A stretch of 64,000 bases of DNA from assembly GCA_965223505.1 (NCBI GenBank), contig CBDCWP010000009.1:1-64000 (forward strand), given 5' to 3'. How positions within the stretch are numbered: position 1 is the stretch's first letter; every line of letters starts with the position of its first letter. Source of the stretch: Planctomycetota bacterium. Its GTDB lineage: Bacteria; Planctomycetota; PLA2; JAEUHO01. Below are positions 1-13,559 of the stretch, piece after piece. The notes under the pieces are model-generated. The model was not told where the DNA came from and did no database searches. It saw nothing but the letters and a program-made list of their open reading frames with translations. A program made the translations under genes and the position numbers.

Positions 1-47
1 CGCATGCGCGTGCGTCGCTTGCTGATCTTCCGCATCGGGACGGCCAT
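1..47 (-). CDS. rpmF: 50S ribosomal protein L32, 5' part (runs off window)
   Basis: Reverse strand reads AGGAGG RBS, then ATG at 47, [16 protein letters not shown], the typical L32 N-terminus. Too short for the ORF track. Confidence 0.85.
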   Translation of the reverse strand, partial: MAVPMRKISKRRTRM

Positions 48-118
48 GACCGCACCTCCTTGCCGTCGCGAGAGGCCACGAATGGGCGTTTCGCGCGAAA
101 TCGATTGCCGAGTCCGGA

Positions 119-147
119 AGCGTAGACCGCCCTAGGTAGGCGGTCAA
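119..147 (-). promoter_or_regulatory. sigma70-type promoter for rpmF
   Basis: Minus strand TTGACC-17 nt-TACGCT; an inverted repeat GACCGCC...GGCGGTC overlaps the spacer. Confidence 0.55.
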
Positions 148-186
148 GTTGTGCGGCGTCCTCTGGAACGCCGCGCGCCCCCATTT

Positions 187-2861
<2,675 letters not shown>

Positions 2862-2929
2862 AGTCCGGGAAGGTAGCACGCCGCCGCTCGAGTCCCCCCT
2901 CCGGGCGAACCTGAAGGGCGTTGGAACGA

Positions 2930-3491
2930 ATGCGCCGCACCTTCGTCGGACTTCGCTGTGGACACGCGGTTCGCCGCACCCTTCATCGCGAGGCGACGGC
3001 GCTGAAGGAGATCGAGGGCGGGCTTCGGATCCCGCACGTCGCGGACCTGCATCTGACGCTGCAGTTCCTCGGCGACACGATGATGGAAGACGTGTACGAG
3101 ATCGACCGCGCGCTGCGGGAAGCGGCGGCCGGCATTCCGCCGGTCGAGCTCGACTACCGCGGCCTCGGCGCCTTCCCGAGCCCCGAGCGGGCCCGGGTGA
3201 TCTGGGCCGGCGTCGAGGACGAGGACGGGGTGCTCTTCGAGCTGGTCGCGCGGATCGGCGAGGCGCTCGGGAAGCTCGGCTTCCCGCCGGAGCGCCGCCG
3301 CTACCACCCCCCACGTCACCCTGGCGCGGGTGCGGCGCCGGCCCTCCGCCGCCCTGGTGGCCGCCGTCGAGGCGGGTCGCAGCCGGGACTTCGGGGTCGA
3401 GGTGGTGTCGGACCTCAAACTTATTGTTTCGGACCCCGGAAAGCAGCCGTACCATTACATCGACCTAACAACAGTCGAACTGGAAGGCTGA
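2930..3491 (+). CDS. thpR: RNA 2',3'-cyclic phosphodiesterase (2H family), frameshift at C-run ~3310
   Basis: MRRTFVGL start, HLTLQFLG (first HxT), [15 protein letters not shown]; the second HVTLAR motif is in the shifted frame; lies directly upstream of recA. Confidence 0.88.
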
Positions 3492-3598
3492 CCCCAGGAA
3501 GACAGGCCGCCAGGCGTAACCGGGCGGGTCGGCCAGACGAGAACAACAGCAGTCGAGAGAACACAGAGCCTTCGACACACGAGAGGGAGGAGACAGAG

Positions 3599-4761
3599 AT
3601 GGTGAAGCGGAAGAGTCCGGCGAAGTCGCCCCGAGAGAAGTCCGCCGAGGTGGACGCCCGGCAGCGCAAGCACGCCCTGGACACGGCCCTGGGCCAGATC
3701 GAGAAGCAGTACGGCAAGGGCTCGATCATGACGCTCGGCGAGAGCGCCGGCGCGCAGGTGCCCGGGATCTCGACCCACAGCATCTCGCTGGACCTGGCGC
3801 TGGGCGGACGCGGCATTCCGCGCGGCCGCATCACCGAGATCTACGGTCCGGAGTCCTCCGGCAAGACGACCGTCTGCAGCCACAATCATCGCCCACGCGC
3901 AGGCACAGGGCGGGGTGTGCGCCTTCATCGACGCGGAGCACGCGTTTCGACTCGGCCTACGCCAAGAACCTGGGCGTGAACCTCGACGAGCTGCTCGTTT
4001 CGCAGCCCGACACCGGCGAGCAAGCGCTCGAGATCGCCGAGACGCTGATCCGCAGCAACGCGGTCGACGTCGTCGTCATCGACTCGGTGGCGGCGCTGGT
4101 GCCGAAGGCCGAGATCGAGGGTGAGATGGGCGATTCCCACGTCGGCTTGCAGGCGCGCTTGATGAGCCAGGCGTTGCGCAAGCTGAGCGGCGCGATCCGC
4201 ACCTCGAACACCGCGATGATCTTCACGAACCAGATCCGCATGAAGATCGGCGTGATGTTCGGCAGCCCGGAGACGACGAGCGGCGGCAACGCGCTCAAGT
4301 TCTACGCGTCCGTTCGCATCGACCTGCGTCGGATCGGTCAGATCAAGGGTCCCGGCGACGTCGTCGTCGGTAACCACGCGCGGGCACGTGTCGTGAAGAA
4401 CAAGATCGCGCCGCCGTTCCGCATGGCCGAGTTCGACATCATGTTCGGGCGCGGGATCGACCGCGTGGGTGATCTGCTGGAGCTGGCCGTGAACGCGGGT
4501 GTCGCGACCAAGAGCGGCTCCTGGTACTCGTGGGGCGAAACGCGCCTCGGCCAGGGCAAGGAGAAGTCCTGCGACTTCCTGCGGAACAACGAGGATCTGC
4601 TGCAGGGACTCGAGCAGGAGACGTTCCTCGCGCTCGGCATGCCGACGGGCGCACCGGCGGGCGCACCGGCGGGGGAACCGGGCGCGGCGTCCGCTGACAC
4701 GCCGGCGACGAAGCGCGCGGTCGCCAAGCCGCCGATTCCGAAGAAGACCGCGAAGGCGTAG
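3599..4761 (+). CDS. recA: Recombinase RecA (apparent frameshifts ~3885 and ~3945)
   Basis: [72 protein letters not shown] spread over three frames. Confidence 0.97.
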
Positions 4762-4780
4762 CGACTCTGGTCCGTACTCG

Positions 4781-4940
4781 GTAGGGGCAGCCCCCTTCGA
4801 CAGGCTCGGGGATTGGGCGACCACAACATCCGGTCCTGTGGGGTCGCCCCTACATCCGGTCCTGCGGGGTCGCCCCTACATTCGGTTTTGTAGGGGCAGC
4901 CCTTGTGGCTGCCCAGCCGATCAGGACGGTCGCCCCTACG
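4781..4940. repeat. Cluster of GTAG-type REP-like palindromic repeats
   Basis: GTAGGGGCAGCCC at 4781 and 4890; GGTCGCCCCTAC three times; 26-bp tandem ACATCCGGTCCTG(T/C)GGGGTCGCCCCT at 4826 and 4852; lies between convergent recA and pfkB-like genes. Confidence 0.8.
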
Positions 4941-5859
4941 GAATTGCCGTGAAGCGACGGAGATCGGCCGCGCGTGCATCGAGGCGCGCGCGGTCGAGTC
5001 CACCCAGGCAGTCCAAGCTGAAGTCCGAGACCGTGTAGCTGGCCACGCACGTGCCGTAGACCATGCCCCGGCAGACGTGATCGATGCTCGTCTCCTGTAC
5101 GCCCGCGAGATAGCCCATGATGCCGCCGGCGAACGAGTCGCCTGCGCCGGTGGGATCGACGACCACCTCCAGCGGATACGACGGCAGCGCGAATTCGCGT
5201 TCCTTCGAGAACAGGAACGCGCCGTGCTCGCCCTTCTTGAGCACGACGAATCGCGGGCCGTAGCCCAGCAGCGCCCGGCCGGCGGCGATGAGGTTGCCCT
5301 CCCCCGTCAAGGCCTTGGACTCGGCGTCGTTGATGACCAGACCGTCGACGCGCTCGAGCACCTCGAGCAACCCGTCCCGCGCGATGTCGATCCAAAGGTT
5401 CATCGTGTCCATCACGACGAGCTTCGGAGCGCGCAGCTGATCGAGCACGGCGAGCTGATTCTTCGGATCGGTGTTGGCCAGGAACACGTACGGCGCGTCG
5501 CGGAAGGCGTCGGGCAGCTTCGGTGCGAACGTCTCGAGCACGTTGAGGTCCGTGACCAGCGTCTCGGCCTGATCCATCGACCCTTCGTACCTGCCCGACC
5601 AGTGAAAGGTCTTCCCCTCCTCCACGACCTCGACGCCGGCCGTGTCGATGCCGTGCCCGGTCAGGACGGCCCGGTAGTCGTCCGGAAAGTCGTTGCCCAC
5701 GACACTCACTGCGCCGACGTTCGTGAAGTAGGACGCGGCGACCCCGAAGTAGGTCGCACTGCCGCCGAGCACGCCCTCGCGCCGGCCCGCGGGCGTCTCG
5801 ACGTCGTCGAACGCGAGTGTGCCGACGACGCACAGGGCAGGGGTGCTGGCATCAGTCAT
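4936..5859 (-). CDS. PfkB-family carbohydrate/nucleoside kinase
   Basis: N-terminal LGGSATY, KKGEHGA, and the PfkB signature VDPTGAGDSFAGG. Confidence 0.9.
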   Translation of the reverse strand: MTDASTPALCVVGTLAFDDVETPAGRREGVLGGSATYFGVAASYFTNVGAVSVVGNDFPDDYRAVLTGHGIDTAGVEVVEEGKTFHWSGRYEGSMDQAETLVTDLNVLETFAPKLPDAFRDAPYVFLANTDPKNQLAVLDQLRAPKLVVMDTMNLWIDIARDGLLEVLERVDGLVINDAESKALTGEGNLIAAGRALLGYGPRFVVLKKGEHGAFLFSKEREFALPSYPLEVVVDPTGAGDSFAGGIMGYLAGVQETSIDHVCRGMVYGTCVASYTVSDFSLDCLGGLDRARLDARAADLRRFTAIP

Positions 5860-7048
5860 TCGAAGTCTCCGGAGACTGCAGGGCGCCGACGTTCTCGACG
5901 GCCTGCTCGACGGTGGCGGTGATCTTCTCTCGCGACGGATGGCCGCGAAGGAACAACCAGAAGATGCCGCCGGGGAGATTGACGATCAGGAACGACAGCC
6001 GGTAGATGACGGACAAGCCGACGGCCTCGGTCGCCGGCACGCCGATCTGGCCGAAGAAGTACGCGAAGGCCAACTCCCCCACGCCCCAGCCGCCGGGAAT
6101 CAACGGAATCGCGGCGACGAGATTCACGAGCGGGACGAGCGCGAAACAAGCCACCAGGGGCACGCCCTCGATCGAGAGCGCGTCGGCGAGCGCCCACGCG
6201 ATCACGGCGAACGTCGCCTGGTTGATCAGCGAGACCAGGAACGCGTGCAGAAGCGCCAAAGGATGCCCGCGATACAAGCGAACCGACGCGCCGACCTCGT
6301 CGATGATGCGCTGGAACGGCAGCTTGCGAATCAGCGCCGAGAGTCCGAGCGCACGGCGCAGGCGGCGGGAGAAGACGAAGACGATCGCAAGGACGCCGCC
6401 GCCCAGAAGCGCGAGAACGGTGAAGCGTGCCGCCTCGTAGCCCTCGTGATCGTCCAGGAAAAGGGCGACCGCCGCGACGAGCACGAGTGTGAAGAGGCCG
6501 ACGGCGCGGTCCACGAACACCGACAGCACCGAGCGCGTCGCCGCGCCCGTTCGCCGCGCGGCATAGTAGGCCTTCACGACGTCTCCGCCGGTCGATCCGG
6601 GCACCACCAGGTTGAAGAACCCGCCGATGAAGGTCAGCCGCACGGCCTCGCCGAACGGCATGGGCACGTCGATTGCCAAGAGGAGCCGCTGCCATCGCCA
6701 CCCCGTCAGCACGACGACGACGGTCATCGCCAGGACGATCAGGAGACCCGTGAACGGGTGCTGCAGCACGCGCAGGCCGAGCGTGCGGAAGCCGTACGTG
6801 ACGTCCGGGACGTCACCCTTGCGCAGCGCGACCTCGTCCACGTCGATGTGGCGAGCCGCAGTCGCCCCTTCCGCACGCATGACCCACCCGGAGACGGGGT
6901 CCTTGCTCAGGTCTCCTTCCAGGGCGGTGCCGTCGACGAGCACGACGCGGTCGTACCACTCGACCTGTGTGAACAACACGAAGGCGACGATGCCCAGGCC
7001 GACGAGTCGAAGGACCCAGGTGAGAGCGGTTCGTTGGTTCTGGCTCAA
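5852..7048 (-). CDS. Lysylphosphatidylglycerol synthase TM / flippase-like (UPF0104) membrane protein
   Basis: RWQRLL, FFNLVVPGSTGGDVVKAY, DRAVGL, IPLIPGGWGVGE; multiple TM helices; extra soluble insertion after TM1. Confidence 0.85.
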   Translation of the reverse strand: MSQNQRTALTWVLRLVGLGIVAFVLFTQVEWYDRVVLVDGTALEGDLSKDPVSGWVMRAEGATAARHIDVDEVALRKGDVPDVTYGFRTLGLRVLQHPFTGLLIVLAMTVVVVLTGWRWQRLLLAIDVPMPFGEAVRLTFIGGFFNLVVPGSTGGDVVKAYYAARRTGAATRSVLSVFVDRAVGLFTLVLVAAVALFLDDHEGYEAARFTVLALLGGGVLAIVFVFSRRLRRALGLSALIRKLPFQRIIDEVGASVRLYRGHPLALLHAFLVSLINQATFAVIAWALADALSIEGVPLVACFALVPLVNLVAAIPLIPGGWGVGELAFAYFFGQIGVPATEAVGLSVIYRLSFLIVNLPGGIFWLFLRGHPSREKITATVEQAVENVGALQSPETSND

Positions 7049-7060
7049 TGCGGACCCGGG

Positions 7061-8149
7061 TCAACCGGCAGCGGCGTCGTCGTCATCCGACGCCTCTTCG
7101 GTCTCGCGCTCGAGCTCGAGGTTCGGGTACCGGGACTTGGCCCAGCGCGTCCACGCGCGGCGGCGAATGCCGTAGTCCCGACCGGCGATGCGCACGAGCG
7201 CCTGGCGGGATTTGTGGCGGATGGTCGTCTCCTGGTCCTCGAGCATGGGGAGGAGGCGTTGGACCGCCTCCGGCGTACCGATCCGTCCCAGGTATTCGAC
7301 GGCCTCGGAACGAACACGCCAGTTCGTCTCGACCTCGAGCTGCGCCAGCACGGCATCCTGAGCGCCGTCGTCGTTCAGTGTCTTCAGACCGCGGATCGCC
7401 TCTTCGCGGGTCCAGGCGTGCGGCGCCTGCACCGCGGACTCGAGGGCGACGTGAATCAGCCCACGCAGGCGGCGCGACAGGGCCGTGTCGATCGCCGTCC
7501 GCACCGCGGGATCCGACTCGTCGATGAGATAGGCCCGCGACGAGAATGGCACCAGGGAGTTCTTCGCAACCACGACGTCGTCGATCTCGAACCGTCCGAT
7601 CTCGGTGAGAATCGCGAGCAACCGGCGCCGGGCCGGTTCGCCGGGCCTGCGGACGCCTTCGGGGTGCATCGCGTCCATCTCCTGCACCAGCCGCAGGAAC
7701 CGTTCGCCGGTTTCAGGTACGCCGGGTTTGCGCCGTAGCGCGGAATCTTCAATCCCATCTTGGTGAGCGAGTTCGCGGCGTTGGCCTGTGCCAACGGCGA
7801 CGGATCTTCGAGCAGCACCTCGGTGAGCTGGACCGCGACGATCGCCTGGCCCTCGAGCCCGCGCGAACTGCGCGTCGCCGAGCTTCTGCGCCGCGTCGAT
7901 GGACTTGTCGATCAGGAACGGGTCTTCGGTGCAGCGGTAGCAGAAGCGATCACGATCGTGACTGTCGCGCAAGACCTCGTGGTAGTACGTCGGGCTGCGC
8001 TGGCGCCCCAACACGTCGTACATCAGCACGTCGGTGATGCCGCCGCCGCCGGAGACCTTCTTGGCCTGGCTACTGCAGCCGGGCGCCACGGCGAGCACGA
8101 CCGCGACGATCGCGATCAACGCCCTACGCTCTGACGGCACCCAACCCAT
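7061..8149 (-). CDS. HEAT-repeat lipoprotein (two compensating frameshifts ~7860 and ~7735)
   Basis: Lipobox VAPGC; HEAT-like units (VRSEAVEYLGRIG, IRHKSRQALVRIAG); segment LLEDPSPLAQANAANSL is in an alternative frame. Confidence 0.7.
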   Translation of the reverse strand: MGWVPSERRALIAIVAVVLAVAPGCSSQAKKVSGGGGITDVLMYDVLGRQRSPTYYHEVLRDSHDRDRFCYRCTEDPFLIDKSIDAAQKLGDAQFARARGPGDRRGPAHRGAARRSVAVGTGQRRELAHQDGIEDSALRRKPGVPETGERFLRLVQEMDAMHPEGVRRPGEPARRRLLAILTEIGRFEIDDVVVAKNSLVPFSSRAYLIDESDPAVRTAIDTALSRRLRGLIHVALESAVQAPHAWTREEAIRGLKTLNDDGAQDAVLAQLEVETNWRVRSEAVEYLGRIGTPEAVQRLLPMLEDQETTIRHKSRQALVRIAGRDYGIRRRAWTRWAKSRYPNLELERETEEASDDDDAAAG

Positions 8150-8320
8150 CGATCTGTCGCCTCCCCGCCCCGAACGGACGCTGGCCCGAATTTACGCCCG
8201 GCCCGGGGGGCGCCCAAGAAGCGTGAGGCCGGGAATGCCCGTTCCCCCGGCCGAAGCGACGTTTACACTGTGACGGGCGACCGGGCGGCCGGGGGTTGGG
8301 AGGCCACCACCGTGCAGACG

Positions 8321-10179
8321 ATGCATCGATGGACGCGCTGCAAGCCCGCCGCGGTGCTTCTGTTCCTGCTTGGATTCGCGGCCTGCGGCAGCGGCAGCGG
8401 CGCGCCGTCGCCCGAGATCCTGCCCGTCGACCTCGGTCTCTCGCCGCTCACGCTCCCCAGTGCGACGAGCCGGTCGTTCGCGAATCCGCTCGAGGGCGCC
8501 GCGACGGTGACCCAGGCGGATCAGTCGGGTCCGTTCTACGTCGCGCCCGTCGAGCTCCCGGCCCAGGTCGATGCCGGAGCGTCCGTCGATCTGTCGGTCA
8601 TCTTCGACCCCATTCAGCCGGGGCTGGCGCTCGGAAGCATCACGCTTCGGTTCGACGACGGCGTCACGACCCGGGACGTGACCACGGCCTACGTAGCGAT
8701 TGCCGAGCCCGTGTCGTGGACCGTCACGCCGGCGATGCCCGACTTCGGCGTCGTAGAGATCGGGGAGCAAGCAGATCTCTCGATCCGCGTCCGCAACGAC
8801 AGCATCTTCAGCCCCGTGACGCTGAGTAGCGCGGTATTGCCCGCCGGCGACTACACCCTCGTGGGCGCGCCGTTTCCGACGCTGGTGCCGCCCGGCGGCG
8901 AGCTCGAGCTGACACTGCGGTTCGACCCACAGCTCGGCGGCTTCCACGAAGGCGATCTCGTGCTCGGTCCCGGCGATCTCGGGGGTGGCGTCTCGATTCC
9001 CGTGACCGGTTCGGCGCCCGGCGGCGGTGAAGAACGCGTCGTCGAGTTCGGCGTGCAACCGCTGCTCGACAACGTGACGCCGCTGTTGGCGCTGGACGTC
9101 CCGGCGGACGCGATCTCCATCACGTTCGAGGCGTACGGTCCGCCGTCGACGGCGCTCGGGGCTCGATCTCCTCAGCGGCCCGGGCGGCAAGGTGTACGAG
9201 ACGCCGCTTCTGACGGGCGACTATGCGTGGGTTCCGGGCATGGAAGCGTTCGCGACGACACTGCCCAATTCCGACCGGCCGAACGTCCAGCTCGTCCCGG
9301 GCGGGGGCCGCTACGAGTTCCGCATTCGCAGCTACACGCCCGGCGTCGCAGCCCTGGACGTGCGCGCGGTCATCGAACGGCGGCCCGGCGCGCTGACGTC
9401 CACCGGCGTCCTGCCGCTCAACGTCTGGCTCGCGAACGGCATCGCGCCGACGGCGGCGACGGCTGCCGCGAACGCGCGGCTCCAGTCGATCCTGACGCGC
9501 GTCGACGCAATCCTGCAACAGCAAGGCATCGTGCTCGGGGACGTCGACTACTACGACGTCGACGAACCGGCCTTCGACGACGTCACCGAAGCCGAGTTTC
9601 CGTACATGCTCAAGCTGACGGCGGCGGCGACGGAAACACGTCTGAACCTGTTCTTCGTTCGAACGGCGATCGGCGGAAGCACCGTCGGTGCGGCAGCTGC
9701 GGTCGGCGGCCCCCACCGCAACGGAACCGCCGCCTCGGGCGTGATGAGCGTGTTCGACGGCGGGCCGCCTACCCTGCCTGCGAGCGTCATCGGTCTCGTC
9801 GTCGCGCACGAGATCGGCCACTACACCGGCCTGCTGCACACCGTCGACTCCGACGGCACGTACGACATCATCGACGACACGGCCGAGTGCCCGGCGACCG
9901 GCGCCGACGCGATCTGCCCGGCCGAGGGCGGCGGCTATCTCATGCACTGGCAGGCCCTCGGCGGCGCCGATCTCACGCCGGGCCAGGGTTTCGTCGTGCT
10001 GCGGCACCCCTCGATCGACCCGCATCCGCTGCCGGGACCCGCCCAAACCGGCCGCGAAGCCCGTCGGCATTCCGTCGCTGCTGGACCTCGTCGAGCTGGA
10101 GGGGTTGACGGACGGCTGGTGCGCGACCTGCGGCCGTTTCCACACGAAACAGGGCGCGACCGGGACCGCCAAGCGCTAA
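8321..10179 (+). CDS. Lipoprotein with Ig-like (choice-of-anchor D/ASH-like) domains and a zinc metalloprotease domain (frameshifts ~9160, ~10050)
   Basis: Lipobox FAAC; Ig-like repeats (DFGVVEIGE...LTLRFDP); metzincin motif HEIGHYTGLLH and Met-turn YLMHW, M43-like. Confidence 0.75.
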
Positions 10180-10479
10180 GCTATGTGGGTCGGCGCGACG
10201 CGATTGAGCGCCAAAGCCGGCTCAGGGCGGCGATGCAGCGCTCGAATCGGGGACGATGTTCCTTACACGGCGCGAAAGGACCCCTTCGGTCGGTCGCGTC
10301 GCTTTGGTAACATGGTAACCGAATAGAGGCCGCGGGAGCGTCAGGTAACACCAACTAAGACCTTTTGACACAGTGAGTTGCATTGCTTTCAGCGGGTTTC
10401 TCGGCGGGGGCATGCGATTTGATGAGTGAAAGGCACCGCTGCATCTGTAAGGCGACAACACACACGGAGGTGCGTTCGA

Positions 10480-12505
10480 ATGACTCTTCGATCGTTGGGA
10501 TCTTGGGTTCTTCCGCTCTTGCTGGCCGTCCCGCTGATCTGGGCGGCGTCGGCACAGGACGCGGATAGCTGCATCCGATTCAAGAAGCCGGGCGGAAGCG
10601 TCCCGCCGGGTCTGCGCGACCCCGCCGACCCGCCGCCCCCGCCGGACGAGGGCGAGACGCCGTCCACACCGGCCACCCCGACGACGCCGTCCACGACGCC
10701 CAGCACGCCGAGCGGTCCCGTGACGGCCGGTCCGGCGCCGACGACGTCCGTACCGAACACCGGCGGCACCGGCAAGCCCAAGAAGCAGGCTGCGCCCGAC
10801 GCGACCACCTGGGAGACCTGGTGGGAGCTGAACCGCATCGACTTCTTCCCGCACCGCTGGGTGCAGCGGGCGATCTCGCCCGACGAGAGCGGCCTCACGC
10901 CGGCCGGACCGCAGGCCCTGAGCCCCTACCTCGTGGAGAAGAAGCTCTGGAAGATGCTTCAGAAGAACGTCAACGACACGCAGGTCTTCGTGCAGGAAGC
11001 CGCGTTGATCACGATGGGGTCGTGTCGCGGCCAACGAGGCGCAGCGACAGGAAGCGCGTGAGACGCTCACCGCGAAGCTGAAGCACCGCAACCACCTGAT
11101 CGCCCGTGCCGCGGCGCTGGGTCTCTTCTACGTCGCCAACGAAGAGTCCATCCTGCCGATGTACGAGGCCGCCAAGGACGAGAAGACCGAAGAAGACGTC
11201 CGTGCGTTCCTCGCTCTCACCATGACCAACCTCGAGCACCCGATGGCCGCGCAGCTGCTGCGCGACCTCGCGGACGTCAAGAAGGGCTACTTCGAGCTCG
11301 TCGGCGCCGCGATCATGGGCCTCGGGTACACGGGCGTCGAGAACGACCCCTGGATCCCGGAGTTCCTCGAGGAGATCGCGTTCAAGAAGAAGAACGTTCG
11401 CGGTGAGTACCGCGCGCTCGCCGTCGAGTCGTTCGGTCGCATCGGCGATCTCGCGCACCACGACATCGTGCTGCGTGGTTTGACCGACCGCGACGCGAAG
11501 GTTCGCCGGTCCGCGGCGATCGCCATCGGCGTCATGGACTACCGGACGGAGGCCGAGCGCGAGATCGAGCAGATCAAGGCGCCCTACGAAGAGTTCATCG
11601 GCATTCCGTACAGCAAGGAAGACGAGGTGCGCCTCGCGACGCTCGAGGGGCAGATCAAGCCGCAGCAGAAGGCCATGGCGAAGGACGTGAAGAAGATCGT
11701 CAAGGCCATTGCCGCCGCGATGCAGAAGGACGGCGACGTCTTCGTGCAGCGCATGTGCATGATCAGCCTCGGCCGCATCATGGCGCAGAACCCGCACGGG
11801 GCGCTCGGGATGCGCTATCTCGAACAGGTCATGAAGAAGAACCGCATCGGCGCGCGTGAGTATGCCCTCCTGGCCATGGCGATCGCCAACCACGAGAAGA
11901 CGCTCGAGCACGCCAAGCGTTTCGTCGAGATTCGCAACCCGTCCACGCGCGGCTCCGCCTGCATCGCCCTGGGGTTGATCGGGAACAAGGATCGCGAGAA
12001 CCCCTGCCCGGAGGACGTTCGCAACGAAGCCAACGACATTCTCCTGAACCTCGTCCGGCGTGACGCCCACCCCTTCATCAAGGGCTACGCGGCGCTCGCG
12101 CTCGGCATGATCGGCAACGGGAAGTCGGCGGACGCGATCCTGACGACCGTGCGCAAGACGGGTACGCCGGAAGCCCGCGCCTACGGCGCGTTGGGTCTGG
12201 CGCTGCTCGGCACCAAGAAGGGCGCGGACGACGTCGTGACCATCCTGAAGTCGAAGCAGATGCGCAACGGGTTCGTGGCCAGCCACGCCGTCTACGCGCT
12301 CGGTTTGACCAAGGACCGCACGGCGCTCGACACGCTCGTCGAGAAATCGCTGGATCGAGGCGACATGTACGTCCAGGCCGCGACGATCGCCGCGGTCGGC
12401 TACGTGTCCTCGAGCGAGTTCTACCCCCGCCGTCACCTGATGGCGACGGGCTACAACTACATGCTCGGGCTCGACTACATCGAGACCTACTTCTACAAGC
12501 TCTAG
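10480..12505 (+). CDS. Secreted HEAT-repeat protein with Pro/Thr linker (frameshift ~11020)
   Basis: GGAGG RBS; signal peptide; PT-rich linker; HEAT units (VRRSAAIAIG, TRGSACIALGLIG, IKGYAALALGMIG); joins ORFs 10426 and 11159. Confidence 0.75.
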
Positions 12506-12534
12506 CAGCCGTAGGAGCAGGTCCTAGCTGGCCC

Positions 12535-12574
12535 GAAGGGGGCGCTTCCAGGGGGGAAGCGCCCCCTTCTCTTT
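12535..12574 (+). terminator. Rho-independent terminator (possibly bidirectional)
   Basis: GAAGGGGGCGCTTCC-AGGGG-GGAAGCGCCCCCTTC perfect 15-bp stem followed by TCTTT, between convergent genes. Confidence 0.85.
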
Positions 12575-12575
12575 G

Positions 12576-13559
12576 TCAGTGATCGATGCGATCCAGCGCC
12601 GCGGCGGCCGCCTTCGCGACGTCTTGGTTCTCCGTCTGCGCCGCTGCTTTCCGCAGCGCGCCCACGGCGGGCTTGCCGATGGCGACGAGTCCGTTGATCG
12701 CGGCGCCGCGAACCGGGTTCGCGCGCGCCAGCAGCTCGATCAAGCGGTCCACCTGCTTGGCATCCCCCGCGAGCGCGACGGTCGCCCAGTACACGACGTC
12801 ACTTCGTTCGTGGTCGAGCAGCGGCAGCAATTCCGTTCCGTCCTTGCAGGCACGCAACGCATGGGCGGCCGCGCGCTGCGTCTCCATCGCGTCGTCGAGG
12901 AGCAGCGTCGCGGTACGCCGGCGGCCGTCGATGCCCCGCAAGGCGAAGATCTCGAGCGCCGCCGCCTTGGTGTCCCGCGGCCCCCACGACCACTGCTTCC
13001 AAAGCAGGTTCGAGCGCTTCGCATCGAGCGGGGCTCCCTCTCGGAGGAGCGCGTAGAGCTCCTTGCGCACCGGCGGCGTGTCGAACGCCCGCCAGATGCC
13101 TTCTTCGTCGCGGACCTCCATCGAGCGCAAGGCCTGGAGCGCCGACTCGGCAAGCGCCGACCCTTCGGCGTTCGCCATCTCGACCAGTGCGCCGGTGGCC
13201 TCCGGCAGAATCTCGCCGCGTCGGAGCGTCGTCAGCGCCGCGAATCGTACGTCGCGGCTCGGGTCGCCGAGCAGCGCGAGCAGGGCGTCCCCCGCACCGT
13301 CCGCGGCCGCGCCTGCACGCAGCAGCTCCCCGATGGCGAATGCCGCGGCCGCGCGGTCGGGCGCGGATCCGGTGCGGGCGATCGTGATCCATTGGGCGAG
13401 CGACCTGGCGTCGTAGACGCGCGGCAGCGTCGGTGGCTCCTTCGCGAACGGATCGGCGCCGCCGGACGAGGTCGACGCGCCGTCGCCGCACCCGCCGCAG
13501 GCCGCGGTGGCGATCAGGATCGGGATCGAGAGCCGCCTCAACGAACGACCCTCAACCAC
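12576..13559 (-). CDS. HEAT-repeat lipoprotein
   Basis: Lipobox-like ATAAC; HEAT units (DVRFAALTTL, VRGAAINGLVAIGKPAV). Start uncertain (GTG 13559 or TTG 13541). Confidence 0.7.
   Translation of the reverse strand: MVEGRSLRRLSIPILIATAACGGCGDGASTSSGGADPFAKEPPTLPRVYDARSLAQWITIARTGSAPDRAAAAFAIGELLRAGAAADGAGDALLALLGDPSRDVRFAALTTLRRGEILPEATGALVEMANAEGSALAESALQALRSMEVRDEEGIWRAFDTPPVRKELYALLREGAPLDAKRSNLLWKQWSWGPRDTKAAALEIFALRGIDGRRRTATLLLDDAMETQRAAAHALRACKDGTELLPLLDHERSDVVYWATVALAGDAKQVDRLIELLARANPVRGAAINGLVAIGKPAVGALRKAAAQTENQDVAKAAAAALDRIDH

Noticed and set aside
4648..4671. 12-bp tandem repeat in the recA tail (GAPAGAPA)
   Set aside because: Ordinary low-complexity C-terminal linker.
4781..4940. 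Possible CRISPR array
   Set aside because: The units are directly adjacent or inverted with no unique spacers, and no cas genes are present; the pattern fits REP-like repeats.
10365..10382. sigma54 promoter TGACAC...TTGCA
   Set aside because: It lacks the invariant GG, and the spacing is one base off the -24/-12 consensus.
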